From NCBI GenBank assembly GCA_963716745.1, contig OY970320.1, positions 512,001-576,000 of the forward strand: a DNA stretch of 64,000 nucleotides. The letters run 5' to 3'. The position numbers and the translations under genes were made by a program. Below, in pieces: positions 1-9,440 of this stretch. Origin of the DNA: an uncultured Gemmatimonadaceae bacterium (GTDB lineage: Bacteria > Gemmatimonadota > Gemmatimonadetes > Gemmatimonadales > Gemmatimonadaceae). How positions within the stretch are numbered: the first letter of the stretch is position 1; every line of letters begins with the position of its first letter. The notes under the pieces were generated by a model. That model was not told where the DNA came from, ran no database searches, and saw only the letters and a program-made list of their open reading frames with translations.

Positions 1-2
1 AC

Positions 3-1136
3 CGGCGCGAGGACTACATCACCAAGCTCATCCCCATCGCGTACGACGCCAATGCGAAGTGCGAGCGGTGGCTCCGGTGGCTGTTGGAGACGTTCGGCGG
101 TGATTGTGATCTCATCGACTACGTGCACAGGGCGGTGGGCTACAGTTTGACGGGCGACACGGGCGAGCAAGTGTTCTTCTTCGCCCACGGCCCCGCGATG
201 GGCGGCAAGAGCACGTTCCTCTCCGTGCTGGCCGCGATCGCGGGCGAGAACGCGATCGCGGCCGCGTTCGATCTCTTGCTGGAACAGCGCGGCGGCGGCC
301 CGCGCAACGACATCGCGCGGCTCGCCGGGATGCGCGTCGTCACGGCGGTGGAGGCGGGAGAGGGCCAGAAGTTCAACGAGCCGATCGTGAAGCAGTTGAC
401 CGGGCGCGACACGATCTCGGCGCGCATGCTCTACCGCGAGGCGTTCGATTTCAAGCCCACCTTCAAGCTCTGGATCGGCGCGAACCACAAGCCCGTGATC
501 AAGGACAGCGACAACGGCATCTGGCGGCGTGTGCAGATGATCCCGTTCGTCAACGTCGTGCCGCCCGAGCGGCGCATCAAGGACATCGAGGCCGTGTTGC
601 TCCGCGACAAGGAGGGGATCTTCGCGTGGGCCGTCGCCGGAGTGGCCGCATGGCTCGCGGTCGGGGGCCTGAAAGCCCCGGAGGCCGTGACCCTCGCCAC
701 CGAGGAGTACCGCACGGAATCAGACATCCTCGGCCAGTTCATCGATGAGATGTGCGAGCGGGGGCCGGGGTTCTCGGAGAGTGCGACGGTACTGCACGGG
801 GCCTACCGGAAGTGGTGGGACGACAACGGCCATCGCGCCTTCATGAACCCCACCAAGTTCGGGCGATCGCTGGAGGAGCGGGGCTTCGCGCGCGTGGAGG
901 GAAGTGGACATCACGAGCCCGTCCGGCGCGTTGGGCTTCGCCTCTTGCCGCCGGGAGGTGCCTCTACAGCGAATCGGGGGACAGTTGGGGACAGTACACC
1001 CCCGGTTGCGGGAACCCCCCATACGCGCGCGCGCGCGCACACGGGGCTTTACGCAAACGGCCCCCAACTGTCCCCAACTGTCCCCCGCGATGATGCAGAA
1101 CAGCTAGACATTGATCACGATCGGGGGGCCGCGTGA
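3..1136 (+). CDS. Phage/plasmid primase, P4 family (D5-like SF3 helicase), 5' partial
   Basis: Frame open from nt 3 (RREDYITK...). Walker A GPAMGGKST, 'KQLTGRDTISAR', 'FKLWIGANHKP', 'GIWRR..IPF' motifs. Confidence 0.9.
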   Translation, partial: RREDYITKLIPIAYDANAKCERWLRWLLETFGGDCDLIDYVHRAVGYSLTGDTGEQVFFFAHGPAMGGKSTFLSVLAAIAGENAIAAAFDLLLEQRGGGPRNDIARLAGMRVVTAVEAGEGQKFNEPIVKQLTGRDTISARMLYREAFDFKPTFKLWIGANHKPVIKDSDNGIWRRVQMIPFVNVVPPERRIKDIEAVLLRDKEGIFAWAVAGVAAWLAVGGLKAPEAVTLATEEYRTESDILGQFIDEMCERGPGFSESATVLHGAYRKWWDDNGHRAFMNPTKFGRSLEERGFARVEGSGHHEPVRRVGLRLLPPGGASTANRGTVGDSTPPVAGTPHTRARAHTGLYANGPQLSPTVPRDDAEQLDIDHDRGAA

Positions 1137-1834
1137 AGGGCCGCCGACCGCCCGAGGATGATCTGCCGTGGGGCTTCGATGACTGGAGCGCCGATCAGAA
1201 GCGCGCCTACCGGGAGGCGCGTGCTCGGGACAATGGCCAGTCCGGACGGCAAACCGCCGAGGAGCGCCGCCTCGCACGCGCCGCCAAGCGCCGCGCCGCG
1301 ATCGTCGCGACCGCGATCTTGGCGGGCGAGCACGGCGTGACGCAGAGCGATCTGCGGCGGCTCGGCCGTCGCAAGGGCTACGGCGGTCGGTGCATCTGGA
1401 CGGATCAACTCACGCAATCGCTCGTCGCCGAGGGCGTGCTCCTCGTACGGCCCGCGAGTTCGCGGCGGTTCTTCGCCGCGCCCGGCGCGACGGCGGAACG
1501 CGGAGCGATGAGCTCACCGGACACCGAGCGGCACGACGGCACACCGACGTCGCACGCGAACGACCCATCGCTCGGCCCGGTGCCCGCGTCGCTGTTCGCG
1601 CCCGTTGACGAGCACCGGCGTGACCGTGATGCAGATGAACATCACGACGCCGATGATGCTGAGCATCATGCCGCCGAACCGCCGCGCCGCGTGAAGCCAC
1701 GCGACACCGCACCGCTCACGGAGAAGTCCACGGCGGCCGACGTGTGGCGGATGCTTAACGCCATCACCGAGGCGAAGGTCGCCGCCGCCGCCGCGAAGCG
1801 CGCGGCCGATCGCGAAGGCGGTGCGCATGAGTAA
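1133..1834 (+). CDS. Hypothetical protein of the mobile element
   Basis: ORF overlaps the primase stop (GTGA) and the next start; no recognisable family. Confidence 0.5.
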   Translation: MKGRRPPEDDLPWGFDDWSADQKRAYREARARDNGQSGRQTAEERRLARAAKRRAAIVATAILAGEHGVTQSDLRRLGRRKGYGGRCIWTDQLTQSLVAEGVLLVRPASSRRFFAAPGATAERGAMSSPDTERHDGTPTSHANDPSLGPVPASLFAPVDEHRRDRDADEHHDADDAEHHAAEPPRRVKPRDTAPLTEKSTAADVWRMLNAITEAKVAAAAAKRAADREGGAHE

Positions 1835-2105
1835 GCCCGCACCGATCGCCGCCGTCGTGGCCGACGTGCTTCGCCAGTTGCGCGCCGATCAGCCGGACGT
1901 CGCATACGGCCCGGTGCTCACGCCGCGCGAGGCGGCCGCGTACTTGCGGATGAGCGAGCGTGGCCTCCAAGATCGCGCCGACATTCCGCGCGTGGACATT
2001 GCGGCACCCGGCACCGAGCGCGCGATGTGGCGCTACCGCCGCGCGGATCTGGAAACCTTCATCGCCAAGCGGCTCCTCAACGCTTGGAAGGAGCCCGCCG
2101 CATGA
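1827..2105 (+). CDS. Excisionase/MerR-like helix-turn-helix DNA-binding protein
   Basis: 'LTPREAAAYLRMS...WRYRRADLETFI' HTH pattern directly upstream of the integrase (ATGA overlap). Confidence 0.75.
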   Translation: MSKPAPIAAVVADVLRQLRADQPDVAYGPVLTPREAAAYLRMSERGLQDRADIPRVDIAAPGTERAMWRYRRADLETFIAKRLLNAWKEPAA

Positions 2106-3211
2106 TCTCCAAGCATGGCGTCAACTTCCGCATCCGCGTCCCGCGCTCCGATCGCCGCATGGTGAAGATCAGCACGGGCACGGCGCATCGTGCCACCGCG
2201 TCGGCGATGAAGTCGATGGTCACGGCGCTCCGCGCGCGGCACGCGTGGCCGATCCTCGATGCGATCTGCGCGGGCGATCGCACGCTCGGCGAAGTGTACG
2301 ACAGCTACCGCACCGATCCGCGGCTCGCCGCGATGACGGCGGCGCTCGATGATCTGGACTTGGAGCCACTCGTCGCCGAGTGGAGCACCTACCTCGTCGC
2401 GCGCGGCACGCAGAGCGCGGCGCGCTACGTGAGGCAAGTGCGCGCGTTGGTCGAGAAGGATATCCCGTTCCCGCGTTCCAAGTTCACGCGCAAGACGATC
2501 TCCGAACATCTCGCCGAGCGCACCGTGTCGGGCTCCACCAAGAACCGCGATCGCGTGGCGCTCGCGCAGTTCGCGCGCTTCTTGGTCGAGCGCGACGTGC
2601 TCGCGCACAACGTCGTGAAGGACGTGCGCGCCGCCAAGCCAAACCCGGCGCGGATGATCTACTTGGAGCGCGCGCAAGCTCAGGCGCTCGTGAAGGCGCT
2701 CCCGCAACCGTTCCGCGCGCTGGAGGCGCTCATGCTCGCGACGGGCATCGAGTGGCAAGCGGCGGCGCGGCTCACGCGGCGCGACATTGATCTCGACGCG
2801 CGCACGGTGCACGCGCAGGGATCCAAGAACGCGTGGCGGAACCGCGAGGTGCGCATCGTCGCCGAGTGGGCGCTCCCGGCGATCACCGAGCACGTGCGCA
2901 CGCTCTCGCCGAGCGCGCCCGTGTTCTCGATCACACACAAGGCGGCGCTCAACGCGCACCACGACGCGATCAGCACGCTCAAGATGCCGCCGTCCACGCT
3001 TCACGATCATCGGCACACCTTCGCCGTCCAAGCACTCCGCGACGGCTTGTCGCCCACGACCGTCGCGCGGCAACTCGGGCACGCGAACGCGTACCTCGTG
3101 TTCACGACCTACGGGCGGTTCACCGTGGACGCGCGCGATTACGCCGCGCCGATCGCTCAGGCCGAGGAGGCCGAGCGGCCCGCGCTCATGCTGAAAACGG
3201 GGGAAAAATGA
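2102..3211 (+). CDS. int: Tyrosine recombinase / phage integrase
   Basis: HDHRHT (HxxR), LGH and TYG motifs; adjacent to a tRNA; first catalytic Arg motif is atypical (TGIEWQA). Confidence 0.85.
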   Translation: MISKHGVNFRIRVPRSDRRMVKISTGTAHRATASAMKSMVTALRARHAWPILDAICAGDRTLGEVYDSYRTDPRLAAMTAALDDLDLEPLVAEWSTYLVARGTQSAARYVRQVRALVEKDIPFPRSKFTRKTISEHLAERTVSGSTKNRDRVALAQFARFLVERDVLAHNVVKDVRAAKPNPARMIYLERAQAQALVKALPQPFRALEALMLATGIEWQAAARLTRRDIDLDARTVHAQGSKNAWRNREVRIVAEWALPAITEHVRTLSPSAPVFSITHKAALNAHHDAISTLKMPPSTLHDHRHTFAVQALRDGLSPTTVARQLGHANAYLVFTTYGRFTVDARDYAAPIAQAEEAERPALMLKTGEK

Positions 3212-3278
3212 CAACGTGCGCCCCATCCAGCGCCCCATCGCGTGCGAAGTTACGCGAGGTGAGCGGCGCTAACTTCAA

Positions 3279-3360
3279 TGCCCAGGGCGGGACTCGAACC
3301 CGCACTCCGTTGCCGGAAGGGGATTTTAAGTCCCCCGCGTCTACCTTTCGCCACCCGGGC
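3279..3360 (-). tRNA. tRNA-Leu(TAA)
   Basis: GCCCGGG...CCTGGGC-A acceptor, anticodon arm GGGGA-CTTAAAA-TCCCC, long variable arm, GTTCGAGT T-loop. Confidence 0.95.
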
Positions 3361-3425
3361 CTTTCGAAGAACAAGACGGGAGCGGCCGGATTCCGACCGC
3401 TCCCGCCATGCTTCAGACGCTCGAG

Positions 3426-3498
3426 AGCGGGAAACGGGACTCGAACCCGCGACCCCAACCTTGGCAAGGTTGTGCTCTACCAACTGAGCTATTCCCGC
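3426..3498 (-). tRNA. tRNA-Gly(GCC)
   Basis: GCGGGAATAGCTCAGTTGGTAGAGC-ACAACC-TTGCCAA-GGTTG...GGTTCGAGTCCCGTTTCCCGCT. Confidence 0.97.
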
Positions 3499-3506
3499 GT
3501 GAGAGC

Positions 3507-3535
3507 AAGTTAGTCCGCGGCGGAAATCACGACAA
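3507..3535 (-). promoter_or_regulatory. Putative sigma70 promoter of the tRNA-Gly/Leu operon
   Basis: TTGTCG-N17-TAACTT, 8 nt upstream of tRNA-Gly. Confidence 0.6.
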
Positions 3536-3552
3536 GAGCCCAACAACGCACA

Positions 3553-3588
3553 CGGGGCGCGCCGCTCATTCTCGAACGGCGCGCCCCG
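3553..3588. terminator. GC-rich hairpin, probable terminator after the SGNH lipoprotein gene
   Basis: CGGGGCGCGCCG...CGGCGCGCCCCG, 12-bp perfect stem. Confidence 0.5.
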
Positions 3589-3612
3589 CTTTCATTCACG
3601 CTGCGAAAGTGC

Positions 3613-4863
3613 CTATGGCGACGGCAGCAAGGGAACGCTCGTGCCGTACTTCGCGTTCACCGAATCGATCATCAACCCCGCGATCAACTGGTGCGCAAGC
3701 AGGCTCGGATGAATGCCGTCGAGCGTGAAGTAATTGCCGAACGTATTCGTGGGTGACAGGAGATTGGGGAACGCCGGAATGTCGCCCGACATCTTGAGTT
3801 CCAGCAGCGAGGGATTCACGTCCACATAGGCCCAGCCGAGCGAGTCGGCCTTCGCCTTGATGTACACGTTGTAGTTGTGCACGGCGAGCTGCACGGCCGG
3901 CACCTCGACGGAATCGAGCACGTAGATCTGCCCGAACAGGCCGTCGAGCGGGTACGGTCCCGCGGTGGGCGTCGCCTTGCACGTGATGTTCGGGCGGTGC
4001 GTACTGTCCCGGATCGCCCCCGCCAGCTGGAAATTGATGAGCGGCACCGGATTGGCGCACGAGGCATCCACGGTCGTGACCGCACCGGCCGCGGCGTCGA
4101 ACGCCGCCTTCACCTGCGGAACGAAGAGCAGATCCGCATGGAAGAGCAGCGGCGCGTTCGTCACGTCCACCACCGCGAAGAGCGCACCGCCCTTGAGCGA
4201 CGGGATCGCACGCAGCCCGTTCACGTCGGCGAGATAATTCTTCACGAACGTGGCCTGCGACGTGACGCCCGGCGACACACCGGGCACCGGCACCAGCACG
4301 CCGCTCAGCGCGGCGGGGAGTACGTCGTTGTTGCCGATCCACATCGAGACGAACGTCGGCTGCGCCTGCGCCGCGCGCGAGACCTGTGTGCCGCCGCCCA
4401 GAATGAACTGGGTGAGCGCGTTCGAGTTCGCGGTCGTGAGCGACACCGGATCGATGGACGCCGCGCCCGGCACGGCCACGTTGTTCACCACCGGCGTGAC
4501 CGACGTCGCGACTCGCAGGTAGCAACTCAAGGCCGTTGAGGGCGGGAAGCCCGGCGGCGTGACACGGTGCGACGGGAACGTGTCCACCGGCGGCGCGCAG
4601 CCAGGATACTGGATCGCCGGGATCGCGAACCGCGTGCCCGCCTGCTGCGCGAAGAGCACGGGGTACGATTCACTCTGCGTCACGCTGTTGATCCCGCCAC
4701 CCTGGTAGCCGGCGGTGATGCTGTTCCCGAGCGATACGTAGCTCTGGAAGAGCGGGTCCACTGCGACCTCTTTCGTGATCTGCTTCGAATCGGTACATCC
4801 GGTGATCACGGCCGCCACGATGAACGCGACCGCGCCACCCACGAGATATTGCTTGCGAGCCAT
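3613..4863 (-). CDS. SGNH/GDSL-family hydrolase lipoprotein
   Basis: Lipobox VITGC; GNSITAG block I, IGNNDV block III, DGIHPS block V. Confidence 0.8.
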   Translation of the reverse strand: MARKQYLVGGAVAFIVAAVITGCTDSKQITKEVAVDPLFQSYVSLGNSITAGYQGGGINSVTQSESYPVLFAQQAGTRFAIPAIQYPGCAPPVDTFPSHRVTPPGFPPSTALSCYLRVATSVTPVVNNVAVPGAASIDPVSLTTANSNALTQFILGGGTQVSRAAQAQPTFVSMWIGNNDVLPAALSGVLVPVPGVSPGVTSQATFVKNYLADVNGLRAIPSLKGGALFAVVDVTNAPLLFHADLLFVPQVKAAFDAAAGAVTTVDASCANPVPLINFQLAGAIRDSTHRPNITCKATPTAGPYPLDGLFGQIYVLDSVEVPAVQLAVHNYNVYIKAKADSLGWAYVDVNPSLLELKMSGDIPAFPNLLSPTNTFGNYFTLDGIHPSLLAHQLIAGLMIDSVNAKYGTSVPLLPSP

Positions 4864-4893
4864 CGGCGATTCTCCCGTATTCAAAGGTGGCGG

Positions 4894-6286
4894 TTAGAAA
4901 TTGGCCTTGAGACTGACCGACAGGATGTTGGCGGACAGCTGGTACCATCCGGTGTTCAGGTCGGCCGCGGTCTGCGATTCACTCGTTCGATTCACGATGC
5001 GGCCGCGCCGTCCCTGCGTGTTCACGTATTCGTACGCGGCGTCGAGGGTCCACGTCGCGCCCAGCGGCGCGCCGATCCCCAGCATGATGTTCTCGCGATT
5101 CTGGTCGGGGAGCAGCGGCGTCACGGTGACATCCGGCACCGGCGTGCTCACGTAGCTCAGCCCGACGCGTCCCTTGAGCCCCGATGCGAACGCGTGCTCC
5201 GCGCCTGCGCGAATGGTCCACGAATTGTTGTAGTCCTGGATCAGGTTCTGGCTGTCCGGGGCCGCGGGGCCGGTGAACTGCAGGTCGATGTTCTTGAACG
5301 CCGAGAAGCCGGTCACCTGGTAGTCGAGCTCGAGCAGCCAGTTCGTGAAGCCCGTGTACGCGATGCCCAGTTCACCCTGCCACGGGTGATCGAGCTGCGT
5401 CGTCGCGCCCTGCGAGACGAGCGGACCGCCCACGAGGAACTGCGGCGTGAGCAGCGCGTCGAGCGGCGTGCCGGCTGGAACGCCGGGGAAATGCCGGCCG
5501 CGGGCACGACGAGGCCCGTCGTCACCTGCGTGAAGTTCGCCTTCCCGTTGTCATACTTGAAATTCAGCTGCGAGAGATAGCGCGCACCCACCTGCCAATC
5601 GGACCCGACCTTCCCGTGCACGCCCAGCGAGAATCCAGCTCTGCGTCGACGATCCGGTCACGGTCGCGAGGCCGAACTGCGTGAACTGCGGAATGCCCAG
5701 CATGCCGAACGTGACGCCCGGCTGCGCGAGCTGCGACGAGAGATCGAGCGCTTCCTTGAGCTGCACGGTGGAGTAGCCGAACACGAATCCGGCGCCCACC
5801 GACCAATCCTTGGTGATCTGGTACGCGAAGTTCGGCTGCACGTAGATCGTCGCGAGCGCCGCCTTCTGGCCGATGAAATTCCCCTGGAAGCCGTTCGGCC
5901 ACTGCGACGTGAGCCCGAACGGCGCGTAGACGCCGAGTCCTGCCGCCCATTTGTGCGACGGCGTGGTGTAATTGACGAAGATGTTCGGCGGGAAGGCCGG
6001 CGGCACGGCGCCCGGCGTCGAGGTACCCGTGGTGTCGGAGGTGAAGCCGCCGCGCACGTTGATCCACGCGGCGCCGAAGTACGAGCGACCAGCCGGAGAG
6101 TTGGGTCGTGGCGGCCGGGTTCCAGTAGATCGCCGACGGATCATTGCACGGCGCGGCGGTCACCGCCTGTCCGCGCGCGAGGGCGCACGACCCGATCTCG
6201 TTCAGCTGGAATCCTTGCGCTTGGACGACCGCGGGCATCACACCGGCCAGCAGCGCGACGCACCAAGCAGCACGGGCGAGTTTCAT
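4894..6286 (-). CDS. FadL/OmpP1-like outer-membrane transporter (frameshifted in this assembly)
   Basis: Signal peptide then GFQLNE...AIYWNPA, 'GVYAPFGL', C-terminal Phe; split over several frames. Confidence 0.8.
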
Positions 6287-6416
6287 CTGCGTCCTCCTTC
6301 GCGGGACGAGGGGCCGCCGGAAGCGACCGTCGGAAATGGTATCGTGCGAGCGAATGCCGGCCATCGGCGCATAACAGTACCTCTCAATCCGCCGTTCGTA
6401 CAGTCCCGCTGAATCA

Positions 6417-7577
6417 CTACCGTGTCACGGCCGGCGCACCGATCGACGCGCCGGCCGACGCACGGGCGATCCGCCACTTCCCTGCGCGGCCGAATCGCAC
6501 TTCGAAGTCTCGGTGTACGGCGGCGGCCGCGCTCGCGAGCGACTCGGCGGCACCGCTCGCGATCGCACACCCGCCCCACCCCGCCCCGGTGAGACGCGCG
6601 CCCGTCACGCCGGGTTCACGCATCACCCGCTCCACGAACCAGTCGAGCTCCTCGCACGAACATTCGTAGTCGCGGCGAAGTGATTCGTGACTCGCGAGCA
6701 ACTCATCGCCCGGGATCTCGCCGCTGCGCTCGAGCGCCGAGACCACTCGCCCGACGCGGCGCGTCTCGGTCACTACGTGGCGTGCCCGGCGATCGAGCGG
6801 CGCGGGCAGCCGTGCGTCGGTCACCTGCTCCGGCGTCGCGGCCGCGAGCGAGGCTAGGCCCGGATCGGCGCGGCGCAGCAACGCGAGCGCGCCTTCGCAT
6901 TCCGCGCGACGCTCATTGAAGGCCGCGCCTCGCAGCTCGCGCGACACTCCCGTGTCGAATATCAGAACGTCGCCGGCGAACGGCACCTCGGCGGTGTTGG
7001 CCGTGTCGCACCAGATGCGCAGCGCGTGGCCTTCGGTCGCGAGCGCGCACACGAGCTGATCCATGATCCCCACGGCGACGCCCACGAACTCCTCCTCGGC
7101 GCGCCGCGCGCACATCGCCAGTGCGCAATGCGACACGTCGCGGCCGCTCGCACGCGCGAGCGCGAGACCGCACGCGATCTCGAGCGACGCCGAACTCGCG
7201 AGCCCCGCGCCGGTGGGCACGTCACTCACGATGGCGAGATCGGCGCCCGCGAGCGTCACGCGTTCGCGCACGAGCTGCATGGCCACGCCCGCGGGATAAT
7301 CCCACCATTTCCCGGCGGCACGCGCATCGACCAACGGGAATTCGCCCGCCTCGCTCCGCGTCGCACTCACCGCGCGCACGGTGTTGCCACCGTTCGCCCG
7401 CGCCGCGACCCACGTGCGCTCGCCGATCGCCATCGGCAGCACCTGGCCGCCGTTATAGTCGGTGTGTTCGCCAATGAGATTCACGCGCCCGGGCGCCGAC
7501 GCAATGACACTCGGCGCGCCGCCGAACGTGCCGCTGAACAGTGCCGCGGCGCGATCGGCGCCGCTTACCGCGGTCAC
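6417..7577 (-). CDS. galK: Galactokinase
   Basis: APGRVNLIGEHTDYN, PTGAGLASSA, GARLTGAGWGG motifs. Confidence 0.92.
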   Translation of the reverse strand: MTAVSGADRAAALFSGTFGGAPSVIASAPGRVNLIGEHTDYNGGQVLPMAIGERTWVAARANGGNTVRAVSATRSEAGEFPLVDARAAGKWWDYPAGVAMQLVRERVTLAGADLAIVSDVPTGAGLASSASLEIACGLALARASGRDVSHCALAMCARRAEEEFVGVAVGIMDQLVCALATEGHALRIWCDTANTAEVPFAGDVLIFDTGVSRELRGAAFNERRAECEGALALLRRADPGLASLAAATPEQVTDARLPAPLDRRARHVVTETRRVGRVVSALERSGEIPGDELLASHESLRRDYECSCEELDWFVERVMREPGVTGARLTGAGWGGCAIASGAAESLASAAAAVHRDFEVRFGRAGKWRIARASAGASIGAPAVTR

Positions 7578-9382
7578 GGCCGCGCGCCCAGCCCGTGCAC
7601 GGCGTACCACGCGCACCACGCGACGAGCCCCGCGAGCGCGGCGTCGCCGCCGTTCGACAGCGCGTTGCCCTCGGCGTCGACGAATTCGGCGGCGAGCCCG
7701 TTGTCGAGTGGCGCGCGCCGCAGCCACTTGAGCGCGGCCGCGGCGTCGGGCCCCACGAGCATCGCGCAGCGCCGAGCGAGCGGTTCGCCGCCGGGCGCGG
7801 AATTCGCCTCGGCGCTCTCAGTCGCCGCGCGCAGCGTGCGGCGGTACACCGAATCGTGCCGCTCTACCGCGTCGTACAGCGGCAGCCAGTACGCCGACGC
7901 CGTCGCATCTTCCGCGAGATCGTGCTTCCCCGCGAGGTCCACCGCCGACGCGAACACCACTTTGCCGTCGCGCTCCACCGCGAAATGACGCCGCAGCGCC
8001 GCGCGCACCGCTTCCGGATCCTGCACCGTGCGCGCCGTTTCCTCATCGAGCGTGCGCTTGAATACCTCGAGCGCCACCGCCGCCACGGCATTGCCGTGCA
8101 GCGCATACGGGAATGCCGCCGGCCGCCCCGCGAGCGTGACCTCGGTGCGGAAGAGCGGTATATGCTCGTCCCGGCGCGCGTTCAGATCCTCCCACGCGTT
8201 GTACAACGTGTCGGCGACTACCGGTTCTTCCACGAGTGCGTCATCGCCGGTATCGCGAATGTAGCGGTCCGCCGCGAGCGCGAACGCGGTCACACCCTCG
8301 AGCGAGAATCCCGGCTCGAACAGCGTGCCGTCCATGTAGTGCGTGCCGTTCCCGGGCGCGTAGCCGTGCAATTCGCCCGCGCGGAGCAGCAGCTCGCGCG
8401 CGAATGGCGCATCGGCGAGCTGCACCGCCGGCAGCGTCCACGACAGCGCCTCCCAATCGGTGACGGTGATGCCGCGCCCGTTCCACGGTGCGCGCGAGCG
8501 CACGAGGTAGAAATGCGCGTCGTCGATCGCGCGGCCGCACGCGTAGAAATAAGCGAACAGCAGGTTCCGGTTGATGAGCCGGTCGATCCCATCGTGACCG
8601 ACGGTCTGCTCCATGCCCTGCAGCGCGTCGCGCGTGATGGTGAGCAGTTCGCTCCAGCCGCGCCGCCGCATCACTTCCACCGTGGCCTCGGCGCCATCGC
8701 GCTCGGGGCCGGCGGCGATGTAGAACGCCGTGCTCACACTCGCACCGGGGGCCACGGCGAGATCGCGATGGAGCGCGAAGCGCGGCCTACTCGACGCATC
8801 CGTCTCAATGCGCGCGTCGCCGTCGGCGGCGATGGCGAGCGCGGCGAGTCCGGGCTGTGCGCTCCCTTCGAGCACCACCACCTGCCCGGGCGCGCTCACG
8901 ACGCGATGCGCATCATCGGCCGCACGCGGGCTCCGCACCCGCAATTGGCGATGGCCGAGCGTCCCCTCGAGCGACAGCGTGATGCGGCGCTCGTGCTTGC
9001 CGCGATTCTCCACCGCGAGCGCGTACACGGCGCCGGCAATGTCGGCGTCGCGGCCATGCGGCGCGAATACGGTGCCGCGCAGCACGAGACCGTCTACGCT
9101 GCAGGAGAACGTCGGCAGCCATCCGCTCGCGCGCTCCCAGGCGAGCGCTTGCGCGCCGATCGGGCGCTCCTCGCCATCGATGCGCAGCACCGGACGCATG
9201 AGCGGCGCGTGCGCCCCGCCCAGGAATTCGGCATCGCCCGCGAACTCCAGCGCCGCGCGGGCGCCGCGATGGAGCAGGCCGAGCGCGTGGAGTGAGGCGT
9301 CGGCCGGATGGATGCACGGCAGGGCGAGCCAATGATTGCCCGTCACCTGCCACGGCACATCGGGGATCGGGATCGGAGGCAC
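7574..9382 (-). CDS. Putative glycoside hydrolase (GH125-like / six-hairpin glycosidase)
   Basis: About 600-aa ORF coupled to galK; beta-rich N-terminus and helical C-terminus; family assignment is by resemblance only. Confidence 0.4.
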   Translation of the reverse strand: MPPIPIPDVPWQVTGNHWLALPCIHPADASLHALGLLHRGARAALEFAGDAEFLGGAHAPLMRPVLRIDGEERPIGAQALAWERASGWLPTFSCSVDGLVLRGTVFAPHGRDADIAGAVYALAVENRGKHERRITLSLEGTLGHRQLRVRSPRAADDAHRVVSAPGQVVVLEGSAQPGLAALAIAADGDARIETDASSRPRFALHRDLAVAPGASVSTAFYIAAGPERDGAEATVEVMRRRGWSELLTITRDALQGMEQTVGHDGIDRLINRNLLFAYFYACGRAIDDAHFYLVRSRAPWNGRGITVTDWEALSWTLPAVQLADAPFARELLLRAGELHGYAPGNGTHYMDGTLFEPGFSLEGVTAFALAADRYIRDTGDDALVEEPVVADTLYNAWEDLNARRDEHIPLFRTEVTLAGRPAAFPYALHGNAVAAVALEVFKRTLDEETARTVQDPEAVRAALRRHFAVERDGKVVFASAVDLAGKHDLAEDATASAYWLPLYDAVERHDSVYRRTLRAATESAEANSAPGGEPLARRCAMLVGPDAAAALKWLRRAPLDNGLAAEFVDAEGNALSNGGDAALAGLVAWCAWYAVHGLGARP

Positions 9383-9440
9383 GGAACGAACATAACGCGC
9401 GGTTGTACACGGTGCGATGCGCGCGTTACACTTCCCTCTC

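Larger units (their letters stand above)
1..3279. mobile_element. Right end of an integrated phage satellite/PICI-like or prophage element inserted at tRNA-Leu(TAA); continues beyond the left edge of the window
   Basis: Primase-helicase, HTH excisionase-like gene and tyrosine integrase in a row, ending about 70 bp from a tRNA 3' end. Confidence 0.8.

Noticed and set aside
1514..1828. Antisense ORF with a hydrophobic stretch inside the element's hypothetical gene
   Set aside because: The hydrophobicity is the expected antisense reading of an Asp/His-rich plus-strand segment; no clear RBS.
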